A DNA stretch of 64,000 nucleotides from the NCBI GenBank assembly GCA_963845755.1, contig CAWJTV010000049.1:88741-152740 (forward strand), written 5' to 3'. Shown here in pieces: positions 1 through 11,000 of this stretch (positions within the stretch are counted from its first letter, which is position 1; the number at the start of each line of letters is the position of its first letter). Position numbers and translations under genes: made by a program. Source of the DNA: an uncultured Planctomycetota bacterium. Lineage in GTDB: Bacteria; Planctomycetota; Planctomycetia; Isosphaerales; Isosphaeraceae. A model generated the notes under the pieces. It had not been told where the DNA came from and ran no database searches. It worked only from the letters and a program-made list of their open reading frames with translations.

Positions 1-147
1 CGCCTTGTGGCTCCCGTCGGTCGGGACGAGCAAAACCTCGTACGGATCACCAAGACCGAGACGGGGCTGAAGCGCGAGATCTTGGATCCGGTGCGGTTCG
101 TGCCGATGACTGGTAAGGCTCAGGACGATCGCGGAAAGGGCGATTGA
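1..147 (+). CDS. pcm: Protein-L-isoaspartate O-methyltransferase, 3' end (partial)
   Basis: Frame 1 reads RLVAPVGRDEQNLVRITK...LDPVRFVPMTGKAQ...stop, matching the typical Pcm C-terminus (GRLVxPVG...VRFVPM). Confidence 0.75.
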   Translation, partial: RLVAPVGRDEQNLVRITKTETGLKREILDPVRFVPMTGKAQDDRGKGD

Positions 148-803
148 CGGCCGAGGGCAAGCATCCGATCGATGCCGGCGCGGAATTGAGCGAAGGCGCG
201 GGCGCGATGGCTGAGCTGATGCTTGACCAGCGCGGAGAGCTCACCGAACGTCTGATGGTATTCGGGGATGAGGAAGAGGGGATCGTAACCGAATCCGCGG
301 AAACCTCGCGGCTCTCGGGTCAGCCGGCCGCGACAGGCACCCTCGGCCTCGAGTTGAATCGTCCCCGAGGGATCGGCCAGCGCCAGGCAACAACGGAACG
401 CGGCGCCGCGACGCACGTCGGGGACGTTGGCGAGGGCGGCCAGTAGTTTGCGGTTGTTGGCCTCGTCGTCGCTCGGTTCGCCGGCATAACGCGCGGAGAA
501 TACGCCCGGGGCTCCTCCGAGCGCATCGACGGTCAGGCCGGAATCATCGGCGACCACCCAGACTCCCAGCGCCGTTGCGGTCTCGGACGCTTTCTTCCGG
601 GCATTTCCCGAGAATGTGTCGGCGTCTTCGACGACCTCCGGAACATGCGGGAACTCCGCCAGCGAATGAATCTCTAGCCGATCGAGCCGCGGTTTCGCGT
701 CCCACGGCGGCGCGATCAGCTCGGCCATTTCGCGGCATTTCTTTCGATTGCGCGATCCGAGGACCAGAATGATGCACGATCTCGGTGATTCCGGATCCGT
801 CAT
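120..803 (-). CDS. rdgB: Non-canonical purine NTP pyrophosphatase (RdgB/HAM1 family)
   Basis: Motifs SRNRKK, EDADTFSGNARKKA, ADDSGLTVDALGGAPGVFSARYAG, GFGYDPLF, SHRARA. Start placed at MTDPES (803), inside the longer ORF. Confidence 0.93.
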   Translation of the reverse strand: MTDPESPRSCIILVLGSRNRKKCREMAELIAPPWDAKPRLDRLEIHSLAEFPHVPEVVEDADTFSGNARKKASETATALGVWVVADDSGLTVDALGGAPGVFSARYAGEPSDDEANNRKLLAALANVPDVRRGAAFRCCLALADPSGTIQLEAEGACRGRLTREPRGFRGFGYDPLFLIPEYHQTFGELSALVKHQLSHRARAFAQFRAGIDRMLALGRQSPFPRSS

Positions 804-944
804 GATGAATGGCTCACCGCACGAGGGACCGGCTTCGCGGATCCGTTCCGTCGAAGCGTGGTTTGTCATCGCGATCGCCGCGCACACCACGACGCGGGAC
901 AATCCATGATCCTTCCCGCCTCGGCTGCGCCGCAACGGGAATCC

Positions 945-998
945 GGATTCCGAATTCCCAATTCTTCCCGCAATGGGAGGATCGGGAATCGGGAATCC
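945..998. repeat. Intergenic imperfect inverted repeat built from heptamers (GGGAATC/GATTCCC-like)
   Basis: ggattccgaattcccaattcttccc ... gggaggatcgggaatcgggaatcc; the arms are near reverse complements. Confidence 0.6.
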
Positions 999-1048
999 TT
1001 GCAACCGCACGATGCGCGCATGGCGCGGGGGATCTCCGCCATGGGCCA

Positions 1049-2218
1049 CTACCTCTGGAGCCCGGCCTTCATCACCTCGACATCGGTCAAGCTCGGGGCT
1101 GGTACCATCATGATGTCGGTGGAGTCTCCTCTGCCGATGGGTAGCATGCGGTCCTTCTTATTAGCAACGGCCCAGGCGCATTTCAACAACTCGTTGCGTA
1201 CGGCGACAGCCGAGGGGTCATCCGGCGCGTTGAAGGCCCCGATGAAGACGCGACTGGAGGTGCGGTCATGATAGACGAAGACCGGCTGACCGATGCGCTG
1301 GACCTCGGGAGACCGGGAGAGCTTGTCGGCCATTCGCTCGGCATCGTCGTGAGCGGTCTTGAGCGGGCTCTCCTTGAGGTTGAGCACACCGGTTGCCGTC
1401 TGCCCCTGATTGCCGTTGAGGTCGTAGCTGGTCCGGCCGGAGAACTGCGCGACTTGCAGGCTGTAATGGCCCGGGCAGTGCGCGAGACTTCGGAGCCCGT
1501 GATTCATCTGGATGACCAGCTTGTCCGGGGCCTTCGGGTAGAGATGTTGCGCCGGGATGTAAGGATTGGTCGTCCGGAGCGCCCGGCTCAGACCATGTCG
1601 CCACTGCCAGAGATGGGGCATCTCTTTCAGACACTTGGGATCCAGCTTCTTGACCTTGTTGAGGAGGATCTCGGTCGCGGCCAGGGTCTTCTCATTCCCG
1701 ACCAGCACGGCGGCCTCGTCGTGAGTCCGCACGGCCTCGGGCTGCTTGATCACGGATCGCATCGTCACACTGGGCGCAGTGGGTGGCGTGCCACGGATGT
1801 AGCTGCGCATCGGGAAATCCTTGGTTCGCAAGATGTAGGCCGGCAGGCCGAAGTCATTGCGGAGCTCCAGGCACAAGGCCAGCGCCATTTTTTCGGCGTC
1901 CGGTCCGCGGAACACCTTGGCCATGATCATGAACGGACCATTCTCCTTGGTCAGGAGGTAGGGTTCGAGCGGGTCGTCGGGCAGGACCATCTTCGGTGGC
2001 GTCTTGAGCTGGTCCAGGGGCGCCGGACCGGGCACGTTCGCGCCGGAATAGACCTTGGGCTCGCCCGGCACAGGGGGAGGCGACCGGTCCCCGCCTGTTG
2101 GCGGCGGGGTCCTGGGTGTGGGCATCCCGGTGGTGGGACCGGGCTGCGGCGTCTGTGCCCAGGTCGGGATGGGCGAAAGGGCCAGGCACAACGTCAAGGC
2201 AGCGATCGGAGATCTCAT
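1049..2218 (-). CDS. Secreted hypothetical protein, Pro-rich linker, possible SPOR-like domains
   Basis: 389-aa ORF with signal peptide (MRSPIAALTLCLALSPIPTWAQ) and P-rich linker; YSLQVAQF...SRVFIGAF resembles the SPOR pattern. Confidence 0.65.
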   Translation of the reverse strand: MRSPIAALTLCLALSPIPTWAQTPQPGPTTGMPTPRTPPPTGGDRSPPPVPGEPKVYSGANVPGPAPLDQLKTPPKMVLPDDPLEPYLLTKENGPFMIMAKVFRGPDAEKMALALCLELRNDFGLPAYILRTKDFPMRSYIRGTPPTAPSVTMRSVIKQPEAVRTHDEAAVLVGNEKTLAATEILLNKVKKLDPKCLKEMPHLWQWRHGLSRALRTTNPYIPAQHLYPKAPDKLVIQMNHGLRSLAHCPGHYSLQVAQFSGRTSYDLNGNQGQTATGVLNLKESPLKTAHDDAERMADKLSRSPEVQRIGQPVFVYHDRTSSRVFIGAFNAPDDPSAVAVRNELLKCAWAVANKKDRMLPIGRGDSTDIMMVPAPSLTDVEVMKAGLQR

Positions 2219-2479
2219 GGGCGATCCCTCTTTTCACACGTCGGCGCAGTCGCGACCGCGGTCGCGGTCGGAACACGCCGAGCTTGGAGCGCGGAGCCCC
2301 AACGTCTTGTCGAGGCTCCTCACTTTCCTCTTATCACACTCGCGAGAACGCCGGAGTCGACGGGAAAGGAGCGCGAGCGGCTCGTTCCGGCGGAGAACCC
2401 CCGACTACCTAGCAAATATCGGCCGATCGGCCCAGGGGACTTTCGCGGATTTGAACGAATATACCGATTATCTGGAGGG

Positions 2480-3197
2480 TCAGTCCCCGATGGGCCAGTC
2501 CGGACCAAGGCATTCGCACTGGAGCCGAGTCAACTGGTCGATGCCCGCCTCGGCGAGATCCAGAAGCGCATCGAGCTGTCCGCGCGAGAACGTGCCCCCT
2601 TCGCCGGTCCCCTGGACCTCGACGAGTCCGCTACGCCCCAGGCGAACGATGTTGATGTCCACCTCAGCGTTGGAGTCCTCCGAGTAGTCGAGATCGAGGA
2701 CGAACTCGCCGGCGACGATCCCCGCGCTGACGGCCGCGATGCTGTCGCGGAGGATCGCGCGACAGGAATCGGCCCGATGGCGACTTAGCGCGTCGGCGAC
2801 GGCGACGAATGCGGCCGTGATGGCCGCCGTGCGTGTCCCGCCGTCGGCATTGAGTACGTCGGTGTCCACATGGATCGTGGCGGGCCCGAGCGCCTTGCGG
2901 TTGACGACGGCTCGCAGGCTCCGGCCGATGAGCCGCTGGATCTCGGTGGCGCGGCCCATCGCCGCCGCGCCGCGACCGCGTCGGAGTGCTCCCGGGGAGC
3001 ATTGCATACTCGGCCGTCAGCCAGCCGATCCCCTTGCCTTCGAGGAACGGCGGTACCGTTTCCGAGATCTGTGCGGTCGCCAGCACGACCGTCGCGCCCG
3101 AGCGATAGAGCACGCTGCCAGGGCTGTTGGGTAAATAGCGGCGCTCGATCGTGACGGGCCTGAGCTGATCGGCTTGACGTCCATCTTTACGCGTCAT
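2480..3197 (-). CDS. rph: Ribonuclease PH (one frameshift near 2960-3000, probably a sequence error)
   Basis: N-half MTRKDGRQADQLRPV...GWLTAEYAMLPGST; C-half GRATEIQRLIGRSLR...ADGGTRTAAIT...LDLDYSEDSNAEVD...EVQGTGEG in another frame. Confidence 0.92.
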
Positions 3198-3219
3198 GGT
3201 GGTTGGGGTCCCGTAGCCT

Positions 3220-4145
3220 TCAGTCGGACTCTTCGGCCAGGAGCCAGATCAGCAAGGCCATTTGGAAATGGAGCCGGTTTGCTGCCTGGAGGATGACCCG
3301 GCTGTGAGGGCCGTCGAGCACGCTCGAGGTCACTTCCTCGCCACGGTGGGCGGGGAGGCAGTGGAGGAAGACCACATCGGATTTGGCCCGAGAGATCAAG
3401 GCTTCGTTGACCTGGTAGGGCTCGAAGACCTGCCGACGCTCCTCGGCCTCGTGTTCCTGGCCCATGCTCGCCCAAACGTCAGTGTAGACCACGTCGGCGC
3501 CGACGACCGCCGAGCGCGGATCGGGGTCGACCCATAGGGGTCTCCCGGGGAACCTCGCTTCGTACGGCGCTCGGAAAGCCTCTGGAAAAGCGTATCCGGC
3601 CGGGCGCACAGCAGAAACTCGGCGTCCAGCAGGGACGAGGCACAGGCCAACGACCTCGCCACGTTGTTTCCCTCGCCGACGAAGACGATCTTCTGGCCGC
3701 GGGCCGTCCCCCTCAGTTCCACGATCGTCATCATGTCGGCCATCGCCTGGCACGGATGTGAGGCATCCGATAGCGCGTTGATCACGGGGATCCCGGCCGA
3801 GCAGGCGAGTTCCTCGACCGTGGCCTGGGAAAAAGTCCGGATCGCCAGCGCATCGACATATTGACCCAGGACGCGTGCACAATCAGCAACGCTTTCACGG
3901 ATACCCAGGCCGACGTCCTCTCCCCGGAGGAAGATCGCGTTCCCGCCCAGCCGGGCGATGGCCGCCTCGAAGCTCACGCGGGTCCGGAGCGAGGGTTTCT
4001 CGAAGATCAGGCCGAGGGTCCGCCCCGACAAGAGTGCGGGGCGTCGTCCGCTCCGTTCCTCTCGTTTGAGTTCAAGTGCGCGCTGGATGAGCGAACGAGC
4101 GTCAACTTCTGAGAGGTTCAGGAGGTCCACGAAGTGGCGGAGCAT
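3220..4145 (-). CDS. argF: Ornithine carbamoyltransferase (frameshift near 3605)
   Basis: [31 protein letters not shown], then [11 protein letters not shown] and [13 protein letters not shown] in the second frame. Confidence 0.95.
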
Positions 4146-4163
4146 GGCCGGATCCCATCGATT

Positions 4164-5372
4164 TCAGGCCGCGGCTTGACGCAAGACATCGGCCAGGATA
4201 GCACACCCCGCGTCGATCTGTTCGTCGGTAATCGTCAAGGCAGGCAGCAGGCGGATGACCGTCCCATGGGTCGCGTTGATGAGGAGCCGCCGGTCCGTGG
4301 CCGCTGCGACGACGTCGGTCGCCTCGACGGTCAGCTCCAGGCCAATCATGGTGCCGCGGATGCGAATCTCGCGGATCAGATCGGGAAGCTCGGCGTGAAG
4401 GGCATCGAACCGGTTGCGGAATCGCTCGCCGATCGCGATACCTCGCTCGAGAAGCCCCTCCTCCTCGATGGTCTCCACGGCGGCCAGCGCCGCGCGGCAG
4501 GCGATGGGATTGCCACCGAAAGTCGAGGCGTGCATCCCGGGTTTGAATGCCGCGGCGACAGCGGGTCGCGCCATCATCACACCGGCCGCGAGCCCGCCGG
4601 CCAGTGCCTTGGCGCAGGTCAGGATGTCCGGGACCACGCCCTGGTGCTGATAGCCGAACCATCGGCCCGTTCGCCCCATGCCTGTCTGAACCTCGTCGAG
4701 GATCAGGAGCACACCCCGGTGGTCGCACAGTTGGCGGAGACCAGACAGGTAATCGGGATCGGGGACGTTGATCCCCCCTTCGCCCTGGATCGGCTCGACC
4801 AGGACGGCTGCTGTCTGATCGTCGAGCACCTCGGCGACGGCGCCGAGGTCGTTGTACGGCACATAGAGGAAGCCGGGAACCATCGGCTCGAACCCGACAT
4901 GGTACTTGGGTTGGGCCGTCGCCGTCAGGGCGGCGTAGGTACGGCCGTGGAATCCGCCCTCCATCGTCACGATCTTGAACCGGCCTCGCTCGTGACCGAA
5001 AACCCGCGCCAGCTTGATCGCCGCCTCGTTGGCTTCCGCGCCGCTGTTGCAGAAGAAGCACTGGCCGCCGAAGGACCGCTTCGAAAGCACCTCGGCCAGT
5101 TCCCCTTGAGGCTCCATGTACCAGGTGTTGGGCACGTGGATCAACCGGCCGACCTGCTCGCGGACTGCCTCGACGACCCTGGGCGGACAGTGACCCAGCA
5201 GGTTGCAGCCCCAGCCCGGGAAGAAGTCGAGGTAACGGTTTCCCTCGGCGTCCCAGACCCACGACCCCTCACCGCGTACGAGGCAGACGGGGAACCGCCG
5301 GTAGTTGGGGATCACATACCGCTCGAACTGAGCGATGGTTTCCTGGGAACTCGCGTTTGCGGGCGGCTTCAA
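4164..5372 (-). CDS. argD: Acetylornithine aminotransferase
   Basis: Class-III aminotransferase motifs NSGAEANEAAIK, FHGRT, EPIQGEGG, DEVQTGMGRTG, AKALAGG, STFGGNP; lies between argB and argF. TTG start follows a GAGGAG RBS. Confidence 0.93.
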   Translation of the reverse strand: MKPPANASSQETIAQFERYVIPNYRRFPVCLVRGEGSWVWDAEGNRYLDFFPGWGCNLLGHCPPRVVEAVREQVGRLIHVPNTWYMEPQGELAEVLSKRSFGGQCFFCNSGAEANEAAIKLARVFGHERGRFKIVTMEGGFHGRTYAALTATAQPKYHVGFEPMVPGFLYVPYNDLGAVAEVLDDQTAAVLVEPIQGEGGINVPDPDYLSGLRQLCDHRGVLLILDEVQTGMGRTGRWFGYQHQGVVPDILTCAKALAGGLAAGVMMARPAVAAAFKPGMHASTFGGNPIACRAALAAVETIEEEGLLERGIAIGERFRNRFDALHAELPDLIREIRIRGTMIGLELTVEATDVVAAATDRRLLINATHGTVIRLLPALTITDEQIDAGCAILADVLRQAAA

Positions 5373-5448
5373 GGAAGCTCTCCTCGATAGACACTGTTTC
5401 GTACTTGAACGATTTATTAACTGAACACGGAAGACCGGCACGAAGCGA

Positions 5449-6393
5449 CTACGACCGCGCCAGGACCGGGCGGCGGCCCGAGAGCGAGGAATTCGGGGAG
5501 TTCTCTTTGTGGACGATCTCCGTGCCGATCCCCATGTGTGTGAAGATCTCGAGTAGCAAGGCGTGAGGCAGGCGACCGTTGACGATGTGCGTCTTCTGCA
5601 CGCCGGCTTCCAGGCTGGTGAGGCAGGCCTCGACTTTCGGGATCATCCCGCGGTCGATCACGCCTCGGTCGATCAGGACGCGACACTCGTCGGGGGTCAG
5701 ACCCGGGATCAAGCTGCCGGGTTCGGCTTTATCAAGAAGGATGCCGGGCGTATCGGTCAGGAATACCAGCTTCTCGGCCTTGAGGAACCGGGCGACAGCC
5801 GCGGCGGCGGTGTCGGCGTTGACGTTGAGCAACTGGCCTTCTTGCGATTCGTCCTCGGCCAGCGAGGGCAGCACGGGTACAACGCCAGCCAGGCAGAGAT
5901 TCTCGATCGGCTTCGTGTTGACCTCGGTCACCTCGCCGACAAGCCCCAGGTCCACCGAATCCCCGTTCGTGCCGGAGAGCGCGAGTTTCCGGCCATAGAG
6001 GCACTGAAGCGTCGCCTTGTGGTGCAGCCCGGATGCCCGGCCACCGAACTTGTTGATATGCCGCACGATGTCGGCATTGATCTCCTCCGCCAGCACCCGT
6101 GCCACGATCTCGAGGGTGGCTTCGTCGGTATATCGCCGGCCCTGGACGAAACGAGCGGTGAGGCCCGCTTTCTCCATCGCCACAGTGATCGCTTTCCCTC
6201 CGCCGTGGACGACCACCGGACGCATTCCGACCGTCTGCATGAACACCACGTTGACCAGCAGGGCGCGAAGCGACTCGGGGTCTTCCATCACCGAGCCCCC
6301 CAGCTTGATCACGGTATACCGCCCGTGGAACTGCCGGATGTAGCCCAGCGCCTCGATCAAGACATCCGCCTTGCGGATCGCTTCCTCATGCAC
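5449..6393 (-). CDS. argB: Acetylglutamate kinase
   Basis: EALGYIRQF, VIKLGGS, VVHGGG, NVNADTAA, LTDTPG, GMIPKV. Confidence 0.96.
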   Translation of the reverse strand: MHEEAIRKADVLIEALGYIRQFHGRYTVIKLGGSVMEDPESLRALLVNVVFMQTVGMRPVVVHGGGKAITVAMEKAGLTARFVQGRRYTDEATLEIVARVLAEEINADIVRHINKFGGRASGLHHKATLQCLYGRKLALSGTNGDSVDLGLVGEVTEVNTKPIENLCLAGVVPVLPSLAEDESQEGQLLNVNADTAAAAVARFLKAEKLVFLTDTPGILLDKAEPGSLIPGLTPDECRVLIDRGVIDRGMIPKVEACLTSLEAGVQKTHIVNGRLPHALLLEIFTHMGIGTEIVHKENSPNSSLSGRRPVLARS

Positions 6394-6566
6394 GGCGATG
6401 TTCCCTCCTATCCTCGTCGGGCCAGCTCACGAGCAAACTGTATATCATTCCTTGTCCCGGACGACTTGTAAAGATCCGTCCGGCCAAGGTATTCGAGGCG
6501 AGTTGAGGCTCGATCCCCGACCGATCACACAGGTCGAAACGACAGTTCTTGATCACTGCGCAGGAT

Positions 6567-7031
6567 TCATAAAGGATCGGCCATCCAGTGGATGATCGAG
6601 GCCTGAGGATTGGTCCTCATGGCATCGTAGAACGCGCGATCGGCCGTAACCAGACGGCATCCCAAAATACGAGCGAGGGCCAGGTAAGAGCTATCGTACA
6701 CAGTGGCCCGTTTCGGGCCGACTGCCAGGTCATACGCGTCCCTCAAGAGCGGCGCCATCGGATGCACGATCAGCGGGACGTTCAGCAGCAGATTCAGGAT
6801 CCTGCGACCTTCCTCGACGGTGATTTCGGGCACTTTCAGTATGCGGGCCTTCTTCCAGAGGATGTTGCCGAACTCGGCGAAGAACAACTCGGGGACATGC
6901 AGCGAGTACGATGGATCGAGGACGCACTTGGCCTCAACTTCCAGAACCTCGGGGACATACCACTTGATGGCGACCCCGGCGTCGATCACGAGGTCGGTAG
7001 TCACCAGTCCCGGCGGCATAGGCCCACTCAT
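6567..7031 (-). CDS. PIN-domain (VapC-like) toxin
   Basis: VIDAGVAIKW, AEFGNILWKK, YDSSYLALA, LVTADR: the acidic residues typical of PIN domains. Confidence 0.88.
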   Translation of the reverse strand: MSGPMPPGLVTTDLVIDAGVAIKWYVPEVLEVEAKCVLDPSYSLHVPELFFAEFGNILWKKARILKVPEITVEEGRRILNLLLNVPLIVHPMAPLLRDAYDLAVGPKRATVYDSSYLALARILGCRLVTADRAFYDAMRTNPQASIIHWMADPL

Positions 7032-7262
7032 CGGGACCGATCCTCGCGCACCAACTCCGCGCTGTCGGTGTGCGCTCGTCCCTCCAGGCTACGCGTCATT
7101 TCCTCGGCGAGCGCACTGCGCTGTGGTCATCGCCATCTGTTTGGCCGCCTGCTCCACAATCATCCTTAACTCCACGCCCAGAGTGCGACCGTTCAATCGC
7201 GCCCGCTCCTTCAGCCGTGCCACGGCGGTCTCGTCAACGTCGCGGACGAGTAGATCCGGCAT
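7028..7262 (-). CDS. FitA-like ribbon-helix-helix antitoxin (frameshift near 7110)
   Basis: MPDLLVRDVDETAVARLKERARLNGRTLGVELRMI after a GGAGGT RBS; the tail ...HTDSAELVREDRSR* is in another frame and overlaps the toxin start (ATGA). Confidence 0.82.
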
Positions 7263-7331
7263 GTCAACCTCCCACGAAACACGGGGATTCTCAGCCTGAT
7301 ATCGCAATGATATCAGGCGGATTCGAAGCGG

Positions 7332-7790
7332 TCAATGTCTCGGGCTGGCGAGAATGGCGAAAGACAGCAAAGCCAGGAGGACCAGGACAATCCAGGCCTT
7401 GAATTGAGTTCGCAATCGGGGTACACGGAGCCATCCGGCGTCGGGATGATGCAGCCGCGCAACGACAGCGGGACACGCGTGCCGTGCGGCGCGGACGGCC
7501 CATCCGGTTGCCCCGCAATCGAGGCAGTGGTATTGACCGAGTGGCAAGGGAACGACGAACAAGATCAGCCCGAAGAGGAACAACCCCAGGTGGTGCAGGC
7601 TGAGCGCCTGACGAATGGCAAGATAGGCGGCCAGGCAGATCAGGAGCGCAGAGCCGGGTTGGCGACCAGCCGCTGACATTCCGAGAGCGACCAGTGCGGT
7701 TCGACTGGCGGCCGTTGCCGGCTGTCGATGTCGGGATCGAAGACTCCCTGCCCCTGTATTCGCGTCACCACCGGAGACCCTCCCCGTCAA
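7332..7790 (-). CDS. Small hypothetical membrane protein with a CxxC motif
   Basis: Three hydrophobic stretches and YHCLDCGATGW; start uncertain. Confidence 0.45.
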   Translation of the reverse strand: MTGRVSGGDANTGAGSLRSRHRQPATAASRTALVALGMSAAGRQPGSALLICLAAYLAIRQALSLHHLGLFLFGLILFVVPLPLGQYHCLDCGATGWAVRAARHACPAVVARLHHPDAGWLRVPRLRTQFKAWIVLVLLALLSFAILASPRH

Positions 7791-7886
7791 CCACGACGGA
7801 ATCGAGAGCGTAATACGACGGACATCGCCCTCATCTTATTCTACGATCCTATCGGGTGCAGGGGTCGCCGCGGGACGCAAGCGCGA

Positions 7887-7916
7887 TTGACAGTCTCGCG
7901 CGAAACGCACGATAAT
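7887..7916 (+). promoter_or_regulatory. Putative sigma70 promoter of metH
   Basis: TTGACA (7887-7892), 18-nt spacer, GATAAT (7911-7916), about 120 nt upstream of the metH ATG. Confidence 0.55.
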
Positions 7917-8038
7917 CAAGCCGATAATGGCTTTACGACATTCTCTCCGGGGCGACAAGCCCCGCATTTTCGGACAGACCTGCTTTCAAATTCCTGGTTC
8001 GAGGAGCGAACCCCTCCTCCTTGGGTGACACATTGGCG

Positions 8039-11000
8039 ATGCCGAAAACCGGAACCGACGACAATCGCGGGCGGCTCGAGGAGATCCTATCGAGACGGAT
8101 CATGCTACTCGACGGCTCGATGGGTGCACTCCTCTACTCCTACGAACTGAACGAGGAGGATTACCGAGGCAAACGGTTCGCGCGGCATCCGGTGAATCTG
8201 AAGAACTGCACCGAAGCGCTGGTGCTCTCCCAACCCAAGATCATCGAGGACATCCATCGCGCCTATCTGGATGCCGGCGCCGACATCATCGAGACCGACA
8301 CCTTTAACGGGACGGCGGTCTCGCTCGGGGAGTTCAGCCTCCAGGAGTACGTCGGCGAGATCAACACGACGGCAGTGGAACTGGCGCCGCCGATTGGCCG
8401 ACGAATACACCCGGAAGGACCCGGACAAGCCTCGGTTCGTCGCGGGCAGCATCGGGCCGACCACCAAGCAGCTCTCGATGGGGATTCACGTCGAGGATCC
8501 GGGCGCCGCGATGTGACCTTCGACCAGATGGTCGCCACTTATGAGGAGCAGATTCGCGCCCTGATCGAAGGCGGTGCCGACATCCTGCTGCCGGAGACCT
8601 CCTTCGACACGCTCGTCTTGAAGGCGTGCCTGTTCGCCATCGAGAAGGTCTTCGACGAGACCCGGACGAGGCTGCCGGTCATGATCTCGGGGACGATCTT
8701 CGACAATGGCAGAACGCTCTCCGGCCAACCGATCGAGGCATTCTATTATTCGGTCTCGCATATCGACGCGATGAGCGTGGGGATCAATCTGCGCCGTGGG
8801 TGTCGAGCTGATGCGGAGCTCGATCGAGGCGCTGTCGTCGATCTGCCGGACGCGAGTCAGTTGTTATCCGAACGCCGGCATGCCCGACGGCTTCGGGGGT
8901 TTCCGGGGCGACCGCGACAGGACCGCGGCCACGCTCGGCGAATTCGCCAGGAACGGATGGCTCAATATCATCGGCGGCTGCTGCGGTACGCGACCCGACT
9001 GGATCTCGGCCATCGCTCGAGAAGTGGAAGGGGTGCCGCCACGCCAGGTTCCCGATGTCCCGCACTGGTCCACCTACAGTGGCATGGATTCGCAGGTGAT
9101 CCGTCCCGAGACTAACTTCGTGATGGTCGGCGAGCGCACCAACATCACCGGCTCGAAGCGGTTCGCCCGGCTGATCAAGGCTGGCGACTACGAGGCCGCC
9201 CTGGCCGTGGCCCTCGACCAGGTCGAAGGAGGTGCGAACATCATCGACGTCAACATGGACGAGGGCCTCATCGACGGCGAGCAGGCCATGACCCGGTTCC
9301 TCAACCTGATCTCGGCCGATCCCAATATCGCCAAGGTCCCGATCATGGTCAACAGCTCCGACTGGAAGGTCATCGAGTCGGGACTAAAATGCGTCCAGGG
9401 GAAGTCGATCGTCAACTCGATCAGCCTCAAGGGGGGCGAAGAGGAGTTCCTCCGGCAGGCTCGCCTGGTCCGTCGCTACGGTGCCGCCGTCGTCGTCATG
9501 GCCTTCGACGAGCAAGGCCAGGCCGTGACCAGGGAGCACAAGGTCGCAATCTGCCTGCGAGCCTACAAGCTGTTGACCGAGCGGGTCGGCTTCCCGCCCG
9601 AGGACATCATCTTTGATGTCAACATCCTCACCGTCGGCACCGGCATCGAGGAGCACAACCACTACGCGGTCGAGTTCATCGAGGCCGTGCGCGAGCTGAA
9701 GCGGCTGCTCCCCGATTGCAAGACCTCCGGCGGCGTGAGCAATGTGTCCTTCTCCTATCGCGGCAACGACTTCGTCCGCGAGGCCATGAACGCCGCGTTC
9801 CTGTATCACGCCATCCGCGCCGGTCTGGACATGGGGATCGTCAACGCCGGCCAGCTCGAAGTCTACGAGGAAATCCCCAAGGACCTGCTCGAACGCGTCG
9901 AGGACGTGCTCCTCGATCGCCGGCCGGACGCCGCCGACCGGCTGACCGAGTTCGCCGAATCGGTAAAGACGGGGAACAAGAAGGACAGGGGCAAGGATCT
10001 GGCCTGGCGCGAAGGATCCGTCGCCGAGCGGCTCAAGCACGCGTTGATCACGGGCACGGTCGACTTCATCGACGTGGACACCGAGGAGGCCCGTCAGACC
10101 TACGAACGGCCGCTGCACATCATCGAAGGGCCGCTCATGGACGGCATGAACGTCGTCGGTGACCTCTTCGGCGCGGGCAAGATGTTCCTTCCCCAGGTCG
10201 TCAAGAGCGCCCGGGTCATGAAGAAAGCCGTGGCGTATCTGACCCCGTTCATGGAGGCCGAAAAGGCCGCAGCAGCGGCTGCCGCATCCGCCGGCTCGAA
10301 CGGCAATGGGGCGGACTACGAGCGCAAGGCGCGCGGGCGAATCTTGATGGCGACCGTCAAGGGGGACGTCCATGATATCGGCAAGAACATCGTGGGCGTC
10401 GTCCTGGCCTGCAACGATTATGAGATCATCGACCTGGGCGTGATGGTCCCCTGCGAAAAGATCCTCAAGGAAGCTCAGGAACGCCGGGTTGACCTGATCG
10501 GACTCTCGGGCCTGATCACGCCGTCGCTCGACGAGATGGTGCACGTCGCCCGCGAGATGCAGCGCCAACGGCTTCGAGCTGCCGCTCCTGATCGGCGGTG
10601 CGACGACCAGCTCCAAGCACACGGCGGTCAAGATCGCGCCGCAGTATCACGGGCCGGTCATCCACGTGAAGGACGCGTCCAAGAGCGTGGGCGTGGTCGA
10701 CCGCCTGGGACGTGCCGACGCCCGCGCCGAGCTCGACCGGAATAACCGTGTCCAGCAAGAACAGGAACGCGCCGCCTTCGGCCGGCGCGCCGAGCGAAAG
10801 CTCGTCCCCTACGCCGAGGCCCTGCGGCGCCGGCTGGCGCTGGACTGGTCGGACCCGGCGCCGGCCGTTCCCGCGTTCCTTGGGCCCCGGACGCTTCGCG
10901 GCATCCCGCTGGAGCAGATCGTCCCCTTCATCGATTGGTCTCCGTTCTTTATGTCCTGGGAGCTCAAGGGGAAGTATCCGCGTATCTTCAACGACCCCGA

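Noticed and set aside
7920..8038. SAM/SAH/cobalamin riboswitch in the metH leader
   Set aside because: A GAGGAGCG word is present, but the rest of a known consensus could not be recognised by eye; an Rfam/Infernal scan would be needed.
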